From: an uncultured Eubacteriales bacterium
GTDB taxonomy: Bacteria; Bacillota; Clostridia; Lachnospirales; JAISER01
Length of the DNA stretch: 64,000 nucleotides
Assembly (NCBI GenBank): GCA_964545475.1
Contig: CAZJGG010000003.1
Coordinates: forward strand, 757 to 64,756
Reading direction: 5' to 3'
Position numbers and translations under genes: made by a program. The notes beneath the pieces were generated by a model, which was not told the origin of the DNA, did not search any database, and saw only the letters and a list, made by a program, of their open reading frames with translations. Shown piece by piece: positions 9,268 through 18,005 of this stretch. Position 1 is the stretch's first letter. Every line of letters begins with the position of its first letter.

Positions 9268-9444
9268 TCAAATCCTGCCACCGGAAAGCATCATCATCAT
9301 AAGCATCATCATCATGGAATTATCGCCTCCGCCTCCGCCGCCACACATTCCCGGGTTCATCATCATCATCATTAAAAGCATCATCATCATATCGTTGCCA
9401 GGCGCTTGAGGAGGGCAGCCAATACCCATACCCATGTTATTCAT
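9268..9444 (-). CDS. Unannotated small ORF encoding a methionine-rich peptide (58 aa)
   Basis: Hand translation gives MNNMGMGIGCPPQAPGNDMMMMLLMMMMMNPGMCGGGGGGDNSMMMMLMMMMLSGGRI followed by a stop. GGGAGG (9453-9458) lies 8 nt upstream of ATG 9444. It has the same orientation as its neighbours and falls below the 60-aa track cutoff. Confidence 0.5.
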   Translation of the reverse strand: MNNMGMGIGCPPQAPGNDMMMMLLMMMMMNPGMCGGGGGGDNSMMMMLMMMMLSGGRI

Positions 9445-9492
9445 AATTACAACCTCCCATAAAATATTAAAAAATACTAATTCTGAAGGTGA

Positions 9493-9533
9493 CCTCTAAA
9501 AACCTGCTTTGTTTGGATTTTCGAGGTTGCCTG
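9493..9533. repeat. Short hairpin resembling the termini of the palindromic repeat family (possible remnant)
   Basis: CCTCTAAAAACC...GGATTTTCGAGGTTGCCT. Compare the ends of copy A: CTCTAAAAACC (32238) and TTTTTAGAGGTTGCCT (32391-32406). Confidence 0.35.
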
Positions 9534-9558
9534 TATACAGAACCAGCCTTTTAATATT

Positions 9559-10818
9559 TTATGACATGGCATTTAAATGTTGCTTGTCTTTGTTTAAATA
9601 CTTGTAAATAATCCACGCATAGGCATAAACAGCGGAAACAAGGCTGTCCATGCTTATATGCTCGTTTTCTTGATGGGAAGAGTAAATTTCCCCAGGCCCA
9701 AAAATAACTGTAGTAATTTTGCCATATGCCTCTAAAAGCCCTGCATCGCTCCAAGAGGGATAATAATTATAGCGGGGTTTTTCGTTAAGCATATCTGTAA
9801 TGCCAAGGCAGACGGATTTTATAATGTCGCTGTCAAGGTTTGCGTTTAAAGGCTTGCGTTTTAAGCCGTTTTTAAGTTTTTTATGTAATTTATAGCTTAT
9901 TTTTACTTTTGGCTCTGATTCCAAAAAGGCCTCTATTATTGAATTAAGCTCTTCTAAAACCTCTTCTTCGCTTTCATCAGGTAAATATCGCCTTTCAAGA
10001 GTAATTACGCATTCCCCGGCAACAGTTGAAGAAAGACCGCCGCCGGAAATTCTGCTTATATTAAACGAACCCTTGCCAATAAGCGGATGTGTGGCATAGG
10101 CTATGCTCTCTTCAAGGCATTTCTCCATATATACAATAAATTTGGAAGCGGTGGAAATAGCGTTTATACCGTTTTCAGAAATTGCGCTATGAGTGGGAGA
10201 GCCTTCAATTTTAATATCAACAACAACAAGCCCACGCTGGGTTACACAAATATCAAAACCTGTAGGTTCTGCCACAATTGCGGCATCAATGTTTTTATTG
10301 TGTTCCAACAAATATGTAGTTCCTAAACTTCTATCTTTTTTGTCTATAACAGCGGAAAACAAAACATCTCCTGCAAGGTAAAGATTCATTTCTTTTACGG
10401 CAATTATGGCGCAAATCATTGTCGCAAGCTGGCCTTTCATATCTGTTGCGCCACGGCCGTATATATAGTCGTTATCTATAACAGGTTTTAGAGCACGGTT
10501 TGTGTCGCTTGGGGGCGCAGTATCCATATGCCCTGTTAAAAGCAATGTTTTTCCGCCGGTTTTCCCTTTTAGCCTGGCTGTAACGTTACATCTTCCGTCT
10601 TTAACTTCATGAAGCTCTGCAACTATGCCGTATTCCTCAAATAAAGACTTTATAAAAAGAGCACATTCTCTTTCCTGTTTTATAATCCCGGGATAGCTTG
10701 GTATTGCAATTAAATCTTTTACTATATCAAAAACAAGCGCTAATGGAATTGCTTTGTTTATTTTATTTCTGAAAATGGTTGGGGTTTGTTTCCACCTTAT
10801 GCTAACTTTATTTTCCAT
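9559..10818 (-). CDS. M20-family metallopeptidase (ArgE/DapE-like deacylase)
   Basis: 419 aa. Contains LLLTGHMDTAPP, GRGATDMKG and VAEPTG, which are M20 metal-site motifs. Confidence 0.8.
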   Translation of the reverse strand: MENKVSIRWKQTPTIFRNKINKAIPLALVFDIVKDLIAIPSYPGIIKQERECALFIKSLFEEYGIVAELHEVKDGRCNVTARLKGKTGGKTLLLTGHMDTAPPSDTNRALKPVIDNDYIYGRGATDMKGQLATMICAIIAVKEMNLYLAGDVLFSAVIDKKDRSLGTTYLLEHNKNIDAAIVAEPTGFDICVTQRGLVVVDIKIEGSPTHSAISENGINAISTASKFIVYMEKCLEESIAYATHPLIGKGSFNISRISGGGLSSTVAGECVITLERRYLPDESEEEVLEELNSIIEAFLESEPKVKISYKLHKKLKNGLKRKPLNANLDSDIIKSVCLGITDMLNEKPRYNYYPSWSDAGLLEAYGKITTVIFGPGEIYSSHQENEHISMDSLVSAVYAYAWIIYKYLNKDKQHLNAMS

Positions 10819-10962
10819 AAATATACCTCAAAATCTATCGTTATTAACAATTCAAAAACTATTATAATTTGAAAATTGCTTCGTATTACATTATAACAAC
10901 AGGCTATGTACAATTCAAATAAAAAATAGTATTATTAAAATAAAACTCTAAAGGAGTAATAT

Positions 10963-11628
10963 ATGATACAAATATGTGAGGACTGGTCATCAAGGCTGTC
11001 AGAAGAATTTAATAAGGAATATTATTTAAAATTAAGAGAATTTCTTAAAAATGAATATAAAACAAGGCCCATATATCCCCCGGCAGAGGAGATTTATTCG
11101 GCTTTAAGGCTAACATCTTTTGAAAATACAAAGGTTGTTATTTTAGGACAAGACCCTTACATAAATAAAGGCGAAGCCCATGGTCTTGCGTTTTCTGTTA
11201 ATAAAGATATAAAAATACCTCCGTCCCTTAAAAACATATATAAAGAAATTGAACAAGACATTGGCTGTAAAAAACCTGACCACGGCTGCTTAACAGACTG
11301 GGCAAAACAAGGGGTTTTGCTTTTAAACACAACACTTACAGTTAGGGCAGGGCTTTCAAGGTCTCATTACGGGCAGGGCTGGGAGGTTTTTACAGACAAG
11401 GTAATAGAACTGTTAAATGAAAAAACAACCCCCATAGTTTTTATGCTTTGGGGGAAAAACGCACAAAACAAAGGGCATTTAATAACAAATGATAAGCACT
11501 TGGTTTTAACCGCCGCCCACCCAAGCCCTCTTGCAGGAGGGCGCTTTAATGGATGCAAGCATTTTTCAAAAGCAAACGCTTTTTTGGCGGAAAACGGAAT
11601 TCAACCCATTGAATGGCAAATATACTAA
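10963..11628 (+). CDS. ung: Uracil-DNA glycosylase (family 1)
   Basis: 221 aa. Contains VVILGQDPY, HGLAFSV and HPSPL motifs. AAAGGAG SD is present. Confidence 0.92.
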   Translation: MIQICEDWSSRLSEEFNKEYYLKLREFLKNEYKTRPIYPPAEEIYSALRLTSFENTKVVILGQDPYINKGEAHGLAFSVNKDIKIPPSLKNIYKEIEQDIGCKKPDHGCLTDWAKQGVLLLNTTLTVRAGLSRSHYGQGWEVFTDKVIELLNEKTTPIVFMLWGKNAQNKGHLITNDKHLVLTAAHPSPLAGGRFNGCKHFSKANAFLAENGIQPIEWQIY

Positions 11629-11630
11629 AA

Positions 11631-14600
11631 TTACATAAGTGTTAACTGCCTTGTTTCCGGTATTCCTTTAAAAACACCGTTTTTCTTTAAAAGTTCAATA
11701 ACGGTTTTATTTGTTTTAGTTCTTTCACGGAAATCTTCTATAGTGATAAATTCTCCGTCTTTTCTAGCTTCAACAATGTTTTGGGCAACACTGTCTCCAA
11801 GCCCGGAAATGGAGGATAAAGGCGGCATAAGTCCGTTGGGGGTTACGGTAAATTTTGTGGCTTGGGCTTCGTAAAGGTTTAATTCCGTAAACTTAAAGCC
11901 ACGTGTATACATTTCGTAAACAAGCTCCAAAACGGTGTAGGAAGCTTTGTCTTTAGCGGATGCTTCGTCTCCAAGAGAGCTAATCCGCCTCATTTCCAGC
12001 CGCAAAGTATCTATGCCGTGGCACATTGTTTCATAATTAAAATCTGAAACCTTAACGGAAAAAGTTGCGGCGTAAAAGCTGTAGGGGTGATATATTTTAT
12101 AATACCCAATTCTTACTGTCATCATAACGTAAGCAACGGCGTGACCTTTTGGGAACATATATTTAATTTTTTTGCAGGAATCAATGTACCATTCGTCAAC
12201 GTTTGCATTTCTCATAATTTCTTCCTGCTCCGCTGTAAGCCCTTTGCCTTTTCTAACAGATTCCATTATTTTAAAGGAATCTTTACGTGGAGCTCCTTTG
12301 TTTATTAAGTAAACCATAATATCGTCACGAGTTGGTATAATTTCTTTAAGAGTTGCAATGCCTTCCTTTACAAGCTCTTGGGCATTATTAATCCAAACGT
12401 CCGTTCCGTGGGAAAGCCCTGAAATACGTACAAGTTCCGCAAAAGTTGTGGGCTTAGTTTCCATTAGCATTCCTCTAACAAAGTGTGTGCCGAATTCTGG
12501 AAGCCCCAAAGTTCCTGTTTGGCAGTTTATTTCATTTAAGTTAACTCCCAAAGCTTCCGGGGACTGGAACAGAGAAATAATCCTTTTATCCCCTAAATCA
12601 ATGGTTTGTGGGTCTACGCCGGAAGTATCGTGAAGCATACGCACAATTGTTGGAACGTCGTGACCCAAAAGGTCAAGCTTTAACAGACGCCCCTCAATGG
12701 AGTGATAGTCAAAGTGTGTTGTTGTTATATTAGACGACGTATCGTTTGCCGGGCGTTGAACAGGGCAAAATTCATAAATGGAATGCCCTTTTGGTAAAAT
12801 AACAAGACCACCGGGGTGTTGCCCTGTTGTTTTTTTAATGCCAGAACAGCCGATTTTAAGCCTGTTTATTTCTGCCTGCCGTAAATTAAGCCCTTTTTCC
12901 TCTAAAAATTTCCGAACATAACCATAAGCCGTTTTTTCCGCAAGGGTGCTTATAGTGCCGGCTTTAAACACGTTTTCAGATCCAAAAAGAGATTCGGCGT
13001 ATTGATGGGCCTTAAGCTGATATTCCCCGGAAAAGTTAAGGTCAATATCTGGCTCTTTGTCGGCATCAAAGCCTAAAAAGGTTTCAAAAGGAATGTCGTG
13101 ACCGTCTTTGTGGAGAGGTTCACCGCAGTTTGGGCAGTTTTTGTCCGGCATATCGCAGCCGGAAGCCCCTGCAAACTGTTTAACAATATCCGAATCAAAA
13201 TCGGAATATTTACAGCTTTTGCAAACGTAGTGGGGGGAAAGAGGGTTAACCTCTGTAATTCCAGATAACGTGGCAACAAGGGACGAACCAACAGAGCCTC
13301 TTGAACCTACTAAATACCCGTCCTCCATTGATTTGGAAACAAGCTTTTGCGCCGCTATATACATAACGGAGAACCCGTTTTTAATAATAGAATCAAGCTC
13401 TCTATGAAGCCTTGCAGCAACAATTTCCGGCAAATTTTCGCTGTATACTGCTCTTGCTCTTTCCATTGTAAGCCGTTCAATTTCCTCTTTACAGCCGTCA
13501 ATATGGGGAGGGAACTTTCCGCTTGGAATAGGGGAGTAGTCTTCAAACATATCCGCTATTAAATTTGTATTTGTAACTACAACTTCTTTGGCAAGCGCTT
13601 CTCCTAAATATTCAAACTCTTTAAGCATTTCCTCTGTTGTGCGGTAATATAGAGGAGCTTGCAGGTGTGCATCGTTAAAGCCCTCTCCTGTCATAAGGAT
13701 TTGACGGAAAATAGCATCCTCCGGGTTTAAAAAGTGAACGTCGCATGTTGCAATAGCCAGCTTGTTATGGGCTTTTGCAAGATCTACAATCCGTTTGTTT
13801 ATGTTAATTAAATCCTGCATAGAGGAAACCTGACCGTCTCGTACTAAATACATGCAGTTAGGAATCGGCTGAATTTCATAATAATCATAAAAAGAAGCTA
13901 TGGAATTTATATATTGCTCTGGCTTGTTCTCTTTTATAGCTGTATAAAGCTCCCCGGCATCACACGCAGAGCCTAATATTAAACCCTCTTTAAGCCGAGA
14001 AAGCTCGCTTTTAGGTATTCTCGGGCGTTTAAAGAAATATTTTAAATGGGAAAGAGAAACAAGCTCGTAAAGGTGGTGTAGCCCTGTTAAATTTTTTGCA
14101 AAAATAATAGCGTGTTTGTGTTTAAGCTTGGATTTATCCATTTCGTTTGAAGCAATGGCGTTTATTTCCTCAATGTGGTTTACGCCTTTTTCTTGTAAAA
14201 TAGGCAAGCATTTAATAAATATTTCGGCTGTTGCCGCCGCATCGTCTACTGCTCTATGGTGGTTTAAAAGGGATACGCCTAAATGCCTTGCAACAACATC
14301 TAGCTTATGCTTATTAAGCCCCGGAAATAAAAGTCTGGAAAGCTCTAAGGTGTCCAAAACGGTGTTTGTTATGTAAATATTTTGGCGTTTTGCCGCATTT
14401 GTAACAAAGCCAACATCAAAAGAGGCGTTGTGAGCAACAAAAACACCGTCGCCAACAAAGCTTAAAAATTGAGGTAAAACATCAGTTATTGCAGGGGCGT
14501 TTTCCACCATTGCATTGGTTATGCCGGTTAAATCTGTAATTTTATCAGGTATGCGCCTTTTTGGGTTAACAAAAGTGCTGAACTTATCTGTTATAACTCC

Positions 14601-15950
14601 ATTTTCTAGCTTTACAGCCCCAATTTCAATAATTTCATCGGAGTTTTTTGAAAGCCCTGTTGTTTCAATGTCAAAAACAATAAAAGTGCTGTTAAGGGTT
14701 TGTCCTTTTGGGCTTTCAACAACAGAAGCTAAATCGTCAATAACATAGGCTTCAACGCCGTAGAGCACTTTAACGCCGTATTTTGCGGAAGCCGCCATAG
14801 CTTCAGGGTATGCCTGGGTAACGCCGTGGTCTGTAAGAGCAATTGCTCTATGCCCCCATGCCGCCGCACGCTCTAAATAATCGGAAATGGTGTTCATTCC
14901 ATCCATTGCGCTCATGTTTGTGTGCAAATGCAGTTCCACTCTTTTTTGCTCTGCATTATCCTGTCTTTTTAAAGATTTTTCCATTAGCGCAATTTCATTT
15001 GCCATTATGTTAAGTTCTTTTGAATATTCATCAAATTGAACTTTGCCTTTTACTTTTAAATATTTACCATTTTTAAGAATTGGTTTAAATTCATTAAATT
15101 TATCTGCTTTTGAAAAGAATTTTATTGTTATTGAGTCTGTGCCGTCTGTTATATCTGCTGTAACAAGTATGTTTCCGCTTTTTGTTTCCCTTGTCTCGCT
15201 GGAAATCACTTCACCGTTTACAATAATTTCAGAATCCTTTTCAAGTTTGTCGGAAAGCAAGACGCATTCGCCGTCAATGCTTTCAACAAGCTTTGTCTCT
15301 TTTCTTCCGCCACCTTTGCCAGAAAACTGCTTAAAGCCATCTTTTGGAGCAGGCTTAGGCGCTGGTTTTTGTATTTTAATGGGTAGGGCAGGTTCTTTTG
15401 GTATATCGTATGTAATATGTTCTTTTCTTTCCGTCTTTTTCTTTTTTTCACCGGGTTTGTATATAAAATCCACGTTTAGGCTTATTCCAAGGCGTTTTTC
15501 AATAAGTCCGCTTATAAGCTGGGGTATTCTTTTTCTAATAAATAAAAACTCATAGTTATAATTAATAGTAATTATAAGTTTGCTATTTTCTACAACCCAT
15601 TCAGAGGAGTTTAAAATTTTAGCGCACATATGGCTGGTATTGCTAACTTCGTGCAAAATGCTTTTCCAAATTAGGGATATAAGCTTTTTAGTGTCGCTTT
15701 CGCCAAAGTCGTAGCGCAAATGCACAGAAATATGCTCCATTTCGGGAAAGCTTTCTTTCATTTGGTTTTCAAGCTCCGTTAAATGTTTCTCGTCTAAAAC
15801 CTTGTTATGGCTTAAAAATAAGTCCATTGCTTTTTTTCCGGTACTTATTTTAAGGCTTGAAATTTCCGTCTGTTTAAAGCTGTCTTTTATATCATCAGTT
15901 AAATTGATTTTTTCAAAAACTTCGCAAAACTTTTTTAATTGTGCAGGCAT
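11631..15950 (-). CDS. polC: DNA polymerase III alpha subunit, PolC type
   Basis: 1439 aa. The PHP domain is interrupted by a DEDD exonuclease (FVVFDIETTGL...HNASFD...HRAVDDA), followed by the polymerase core. This architecture is unique to Firmicute PolC. Confidence 0.97.
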   Translation of the reverse strand: MPAQLKKFCEVFEKINLTDDIKDSFKQTEISSLKISTGKKAMDLFLSHNKVLDEKHLTELENQMKESFPEMEHISVHLRYDFGESDTKKLISLIWKSILHEVSNTSHMCAKILNSSEWVVENSKLIITINYNYEFLFIRKRIPQLISGLIEKRLGISLNVDFIYKPGEKKKKTERKEHITYDIPKEPALPIKIQKPAPKPAPKDGFKQFSGKGGGRKETKLVESIDGECVLLSDKLEKDSEIIVNGEVISSETRETKSGNILVTADITDGTDSITIKFFSKADKFNEFKPILKNGKYLKVKGKVQFDEYSKELNIMANEIALMEKSLKRQDNAEQKRVELHLHTNMSAMDGMNTISDYLERAAAWGHRAIALTDHGVTQAYPEAMAASAKYGVKVLYGVEAYVIDDLASVVESPKGQTLNSTFIVFDIETTGLSKNSDEIIEIGAVKLENGVITDKFSTFVNPKRRIPDKITDLTGITNAMVENAPAITDVLPQFLSFVGDGVFVAHNASFDVGFVTNAAKRQNIYITNTVLDTLELSRLLFPGLNKHKLDVVARHLGVSLLNHHRAVDDAAATAEIFIKCLPILQEKGVNHIEEINAIASNEMDKSKLKHKHAIIFAKNLTGLHHLYELVSLSHLKYFFKRPRIPKSELSRLKEGLILGSACDAGELYTAIKENKPEQYINSIASFYDYYEIQPIPNCMYLVRDGQVSSMQDLININKRIVDLAKAHNKLAIATCDVHFLNPEDAIFRQILMTGEGFNDAHLQAPLYYRTTEEMLKEFEYLGEALAKEVVVTNTNLIADMFEDYSPIPSGKFPPHIDGCKEEIERLTMERARAVYSENLPEIVAARLHRELDSIIKNGFSVMYIAAQKLVSKSMEDGYLVGSRGSVGSSLVATLSGITEVNPLSPHYVCKSCKYSDFDSDIVKQFAGASGCDMPDKNCPNCGEPLHKDGHDIPFETFLGFDADKEPDIDLNFSGEYQLKAHQYAESLFGSENVFKAGTISTLAEKTAYGYVRKFLEEKGLNLRQAEINRLKIGCSGIKKTTGQHPGGLVILPKGHSIYEFCPVQRPANDTSSNITTTHFDYHSIEGRLLKLDLLGHDVPTIVRMLHDTSGVDPQTIDLGDKRIISLFQSPEALGVNLNEINCQTGTLGLPEFGTHFVRGMLMETKPTTFAELVRISGLSHGTDVWINNAQELVKEGIATLKEIIPTRDDIMVYLINKGAPRKDSFKIMESVRKGKGLTAEQEEIMRNANVDEWYIDSCKKIKYMFPKGHAVAYVMMTVRIGYYKIYHPYSFYAATFSVKVSDFNYETMCHGIDTLRLEMRRISSLGDEASAKDKASYTVLELVYEMYTRGFKFTELNLYEAQATKFTVTPNGLMPPLSSISGLGDSVAQNIVEARKDGEFITIEDFRERTKTNKTVIELLKKNGVFKGIPETRQLTLM

Positions 15951-15965
15951 TAAATCATACTTTCT

Positions 15966-17021
15966 TTAGAATTTTATTATTTCTTCCATAAGCCTGTCAA
16001 GCATCTCGCTTTCAGATACTTTAGCAATTATTTCACCTTTTCTAAATATAAGACCACAGCCTTTGCCGCCGGCTATGCCAATGTCCGCTTCTTTGCCCTC
16101 GCCAACGCCGTTTACAACACAACCCATAATGGCTACGGTAATATCTTTATCAATACCTTTGCATTTTTCCTCCACCTTTGTTGCAAGCTTTATTAAGTCA
16201 ATTTCCGTCCGCCCACATGTTGGGCATGATATAAATTCTATTCCAAACTTTCTTAAATTAAGGGCTTTTAATATTTCTTTGGCACAACTTATTTCTTCAA
16301 CTGGGTTAGCTGTAAGAGAAACTCTTATAGTATCTCCTATTCCTTGGGCAAGAATCGCCCCAAGCCCTACGGAAGATTTTATTGCTCCCGAATAAGCTGT
16401 TCCGGCTTCTGTTATGCCTAAATGGAGGGGATAGTTTGTTTTTTCTGCAATGTTTAAATAACTTTCAATGCAAAAAGGAACGTTTGAAGCCTTTAACGAA
16501 ATAACAATTTCGTAAAAATCAAGCTCTTCTAAAATAGCAACGTGTCTAAGGGCACTTTCTACAATTCCTTGTGATGTAACGCCTTTGTATTTTTCAACTA
16601 AATCCTTTTCAAGAGAGCCGGAATTTACCCCGATTCTTATTGGAACATTTTTTTCTTTAGCAAGCTTTACAACTTCTTGAACTTTCCATTTTTCACCGAT
16701 ATTTCCGGGGTTTAAGCGCAGCTTGTCCGCTCCGTTTTTAATTGCTTCAATTGCAAGTTTGTAATCAAAATGAATGTCTGCCACAAGGGGTATATTTATG
16801 TCCTTTTTAATTTCCGTAATGGCTTCGGCACTTGCCTTGTCTTTACAGGAAACACGTACAATTTCGCAGCCCTCGTTTTCCAAAGCTTTAATTTGGGAAA
16901 CTGTAGCAGATATGTTTGCAGTATCTGTATTTGTCATGGATTGTATAAGAATGGGGTTTGTCCCACCAATTTTTTTATTGCCAATAATAATTTCTTTTGT
17001 AATTTTTCTGTTTTTCAGCAT
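15966..17021 (-). CDS. ispG: 4-hydroxy-3-methylbut-2-enyl diphosphate synthase (IspG/GcpE)
   Basis: 351 aa. Shows typical IspG TIM-barrel and 4Fe-4S domain motifs (VRVSC, CPTCGR, GCVVNGVGE). Confidence 0.93.
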   Translation of the reverse strand: MLKNRKITKEIIIGNKKIGGTNPILIQSMTNTDTANISATVSQIKALENEGCEIVRVSCKDKASAEAITEIKKDINIPLVADIHFDYKLAIEAIKNGADKLRLNPGNIGEKWKVQEVVKLAKEKNVPIRIGVNSGSLEKDLVEKYKGVTSQGIVESALRHVAILEELDFYEIVISLKASNVPFCIESYLNIAEKTNYPLHLGITEAGTAYSGAIKSSVGLGAILAQGIGDTIRVSLTANPVEEISCAKEILKALNLRKFGIEFISCPTCGRTEIDLIKLATKVEEKCKGIDKDITVAIMGCVVNGVGEGKEADIGIAGGKGCGLIFRKGEIIAKVSESEMLDRLMEEIIKF

Positions 17022-17093
17022 AAAAATCCCCTTTATTTGGAAAAATATATATGAGATTTAATAAACACGTCCTTTTAAGGAGGCAAGGCTTTA

Positions 17094-17984
17094 ATGAAAC
17101 ACTTTTACGGAACGAATAAAAAATCTACTTATTTTGAGGGCTGGTACTTTAAACAGCACAACCATGAAAATATGCTTGCGCTTATTCCCGGCATAAGTAT
17201 AAACGGAGATGGCTCTAAAAAGGCTTTTATACAGTTTATCACAAATACTGGTTCTTTTCAAATAAATTTCCCCTATGAAGACTTTCATGCGGAAACAAAA
17301 AGATTGTTTGTCAGAGTAGACAAATCGTATTTTTCTCCTGAGGGCATTTATTTGGATATTCAAAGACCAAACTTAGAAATACACGGTCAGTTAAACTTTA
17401 AAAATATAACGCCGCTAAAATACAGTGCTATGGGTGTTTTTTCTATGTTTAAGTTTATGGAATGTAACCATGATGTTTTAAGCCTTAACCATGAAGTTGA
17501 CGGCGTTGTTAACATAAACGGAAAAAACCTCGATTTTTCAAACTCTAGAGGTTATATAGAAAAGGACTATGGCAAAAGTTTCCCTAAGAAATACATTTGG
17601 CTTCAATGCAACGGCTTTGAAGAGAAAAACGTTTCCATAATGGTGTCCGTTGCTACAATTCCTTTTATGGCTACTGAATTTACTGGGTTAATAAGTATAG
17701 TTTATTATAGAGGTAAACAATATAGAATTGCAACTTATAACGGTGGCGCTCCTATTGTTGTAAACAATAACAAAATGATTGTTAAAAATAATAACTATAT
17801 GTTAAGGGTGAACTGGCCGGAAAACATTGCTTATGGCTTGTCCGCCCCGGTTAAAGGCGAAATGTCCAGAACAATTAATGAATGCCCGATAGGAGAAGCT
17901 AAGTTTACATTTTATAAGAAAAACAAAGAAATATTTACATTATCAAGCGATAAAGCAAGTATTGAAACTGTTGACTTTTTTTAG
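17094..17984 (+). CDS. Tocopherol-cyclase-like family protein
   Basis: 296 aa. The N-terminal STYFEGWYFKQ matches the hallmark FEGWYFK motif of tocopherol cyclase (VTE1-type) proteins. AAGGAGG SD is present. Confidence 0.55.
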   Translation: MKHFYGTNKKSTYFEGWYFKQHNHENMLALIPGISINGDGSKKAFIQFITNTGSFQINFPYEDFHAETKRLFVRVDKSYFSPEGIYLDIQRPNLEIHGQLNFKNITPLKYSAMGVFSMFKFMECNHDVLSLNHEVDGVVNINGKNLDFSNSRGYIEKDYGKSFPKKYIWLQCNGFEEKNVSIMVSVATIPFMATEFTGLISIVYYRGKQYRIATYNGGAPIVVNNNKMIVKNNNYMLRVNWPENIAYGLSAPVKGEMSRTINECPIGEAKFTFYKKNKEIFTLSSDKASIETVDFF

Positions 17985-18005
17985 TTTAATTTGCAATAGT
18001 GCTAC

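Noticed and set aside
9061-9375. 104-aa plus-strand ORF ending in His runs (HHHHKHHHH...HHHHH), which looks like a metal-binding His-rich protein.
   Set aside because: The His runs are the reverse complement of the ATG runs in the minus-strand Met-rich ORF. There is no SD before ATG 9061 or before the internal ATG 9265. The N-terminal 60 residues run through the promoter and 5' region of the neighbouring minus-strand gene and look non-protein-like. I kept it as the explicit alternative to test in the Met-rich finding.
12087-15555. Numerous 60-170 aa ORFs antisense to or off-frame within polC. Similar ones lie inside ispG, the opp/dpp genes, tdh, sstT and other long genes.
   Set aside because: All lie within long, motif-supported genes. 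None has a convincing SD or recognisable motifs.
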